Assembly (NCBI RefSeq): GCF_023055435.1
Contig: NW_025963796.1
Coordinates: 62,001 to 126,000, forward strand
Reading direction: 5' to 3'
DNA: 64,000 bases
Origin: Haliotis rufescens
Taxonomy: Eukaryota
This document shows positions 63,851-64,000 of this stretch, in pieces (within the stretch, counting starts at the first letter, position 1; each line of letters starts with the position of its first letter). A program made the translations under genes and the position numbers. Below the pieces are notes generated by a model. That model was not told the origin of the DNA, did not search any database, and saw only the letters and a program-made list of their open reading frames with translations.

Positions 63851-64000
63851 CGTCCATGCTGTTAACCAGCGATCGCTCTATTATGTACATATTTTTTCCC
63901 AATTATGGATTTCTTTTGTTCGTTCACACCTGAGTCCGTGAATATCCTGCTATAGAGTTACCGCTGTAGAAGTATCCAGCCACAGATACATTATAATCGA

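Noticed and set aside
62759-63941. Pro-rich 368/392-aa ORFs
   Set aside because: C-rich repeat open in several frames with frame-shifting unit lengths; an acceptor-like site at 62758-62759 exists, so coding use is not fully excluded
63930-64000. Minus-strand coding exon DYNVSVAGYFYSGNSIAGYSRTQ with donor CAG|GTGTGA
   Set aside because: Short, truncated by the window edge, with no recognisable homology or convincing next exon

Overview
Eukaryotic, intron-rich genomic DNA, most likely from a gastropod mollusc (abalone-like, inferred from the SINE repertoire). It is not prokaryotic and has no CRISPR array. Four spliced + strand genes could be rebuilt by hand with consistent intron phases: (1) the 3' end of an ankyrin-repeat gene (1-2279); (2) a divergent non-muscle-type myosin regulatory light chain (16616-22462, 188 aa); (3,4) two tandem paralogues encoding secreted proteins built of 12-Cys three-finger/Ly6-uPAR-like (LU) domains plus a non-canonical C-type lectin domain (26909-44095, 10 exons, 365 aa, 2xLU+CTLD; 46036-57247, 7 exons, 282 aa, 1xLU+CTLD). 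Roughly 40% of the window is locus-specific minisatellite; the rest carries four SINE families sharing one 3' tail, MITEs and a LINE remnant. The main observation is that at six exon boundaries in three genes the intronic minisatellite unit is a copy of the exon/intron junction itself (exon end + GT donor, or AG acceptor + exon start), repeated about 9-82 times. This creates arrays of intact-looking alternative splice sites, including about 55 potential in-frame 30-nt micro-exons. Nearly all long ORFs in the supplied track are repeat artefacts. Coordinates and copy numbers were counted by eye.
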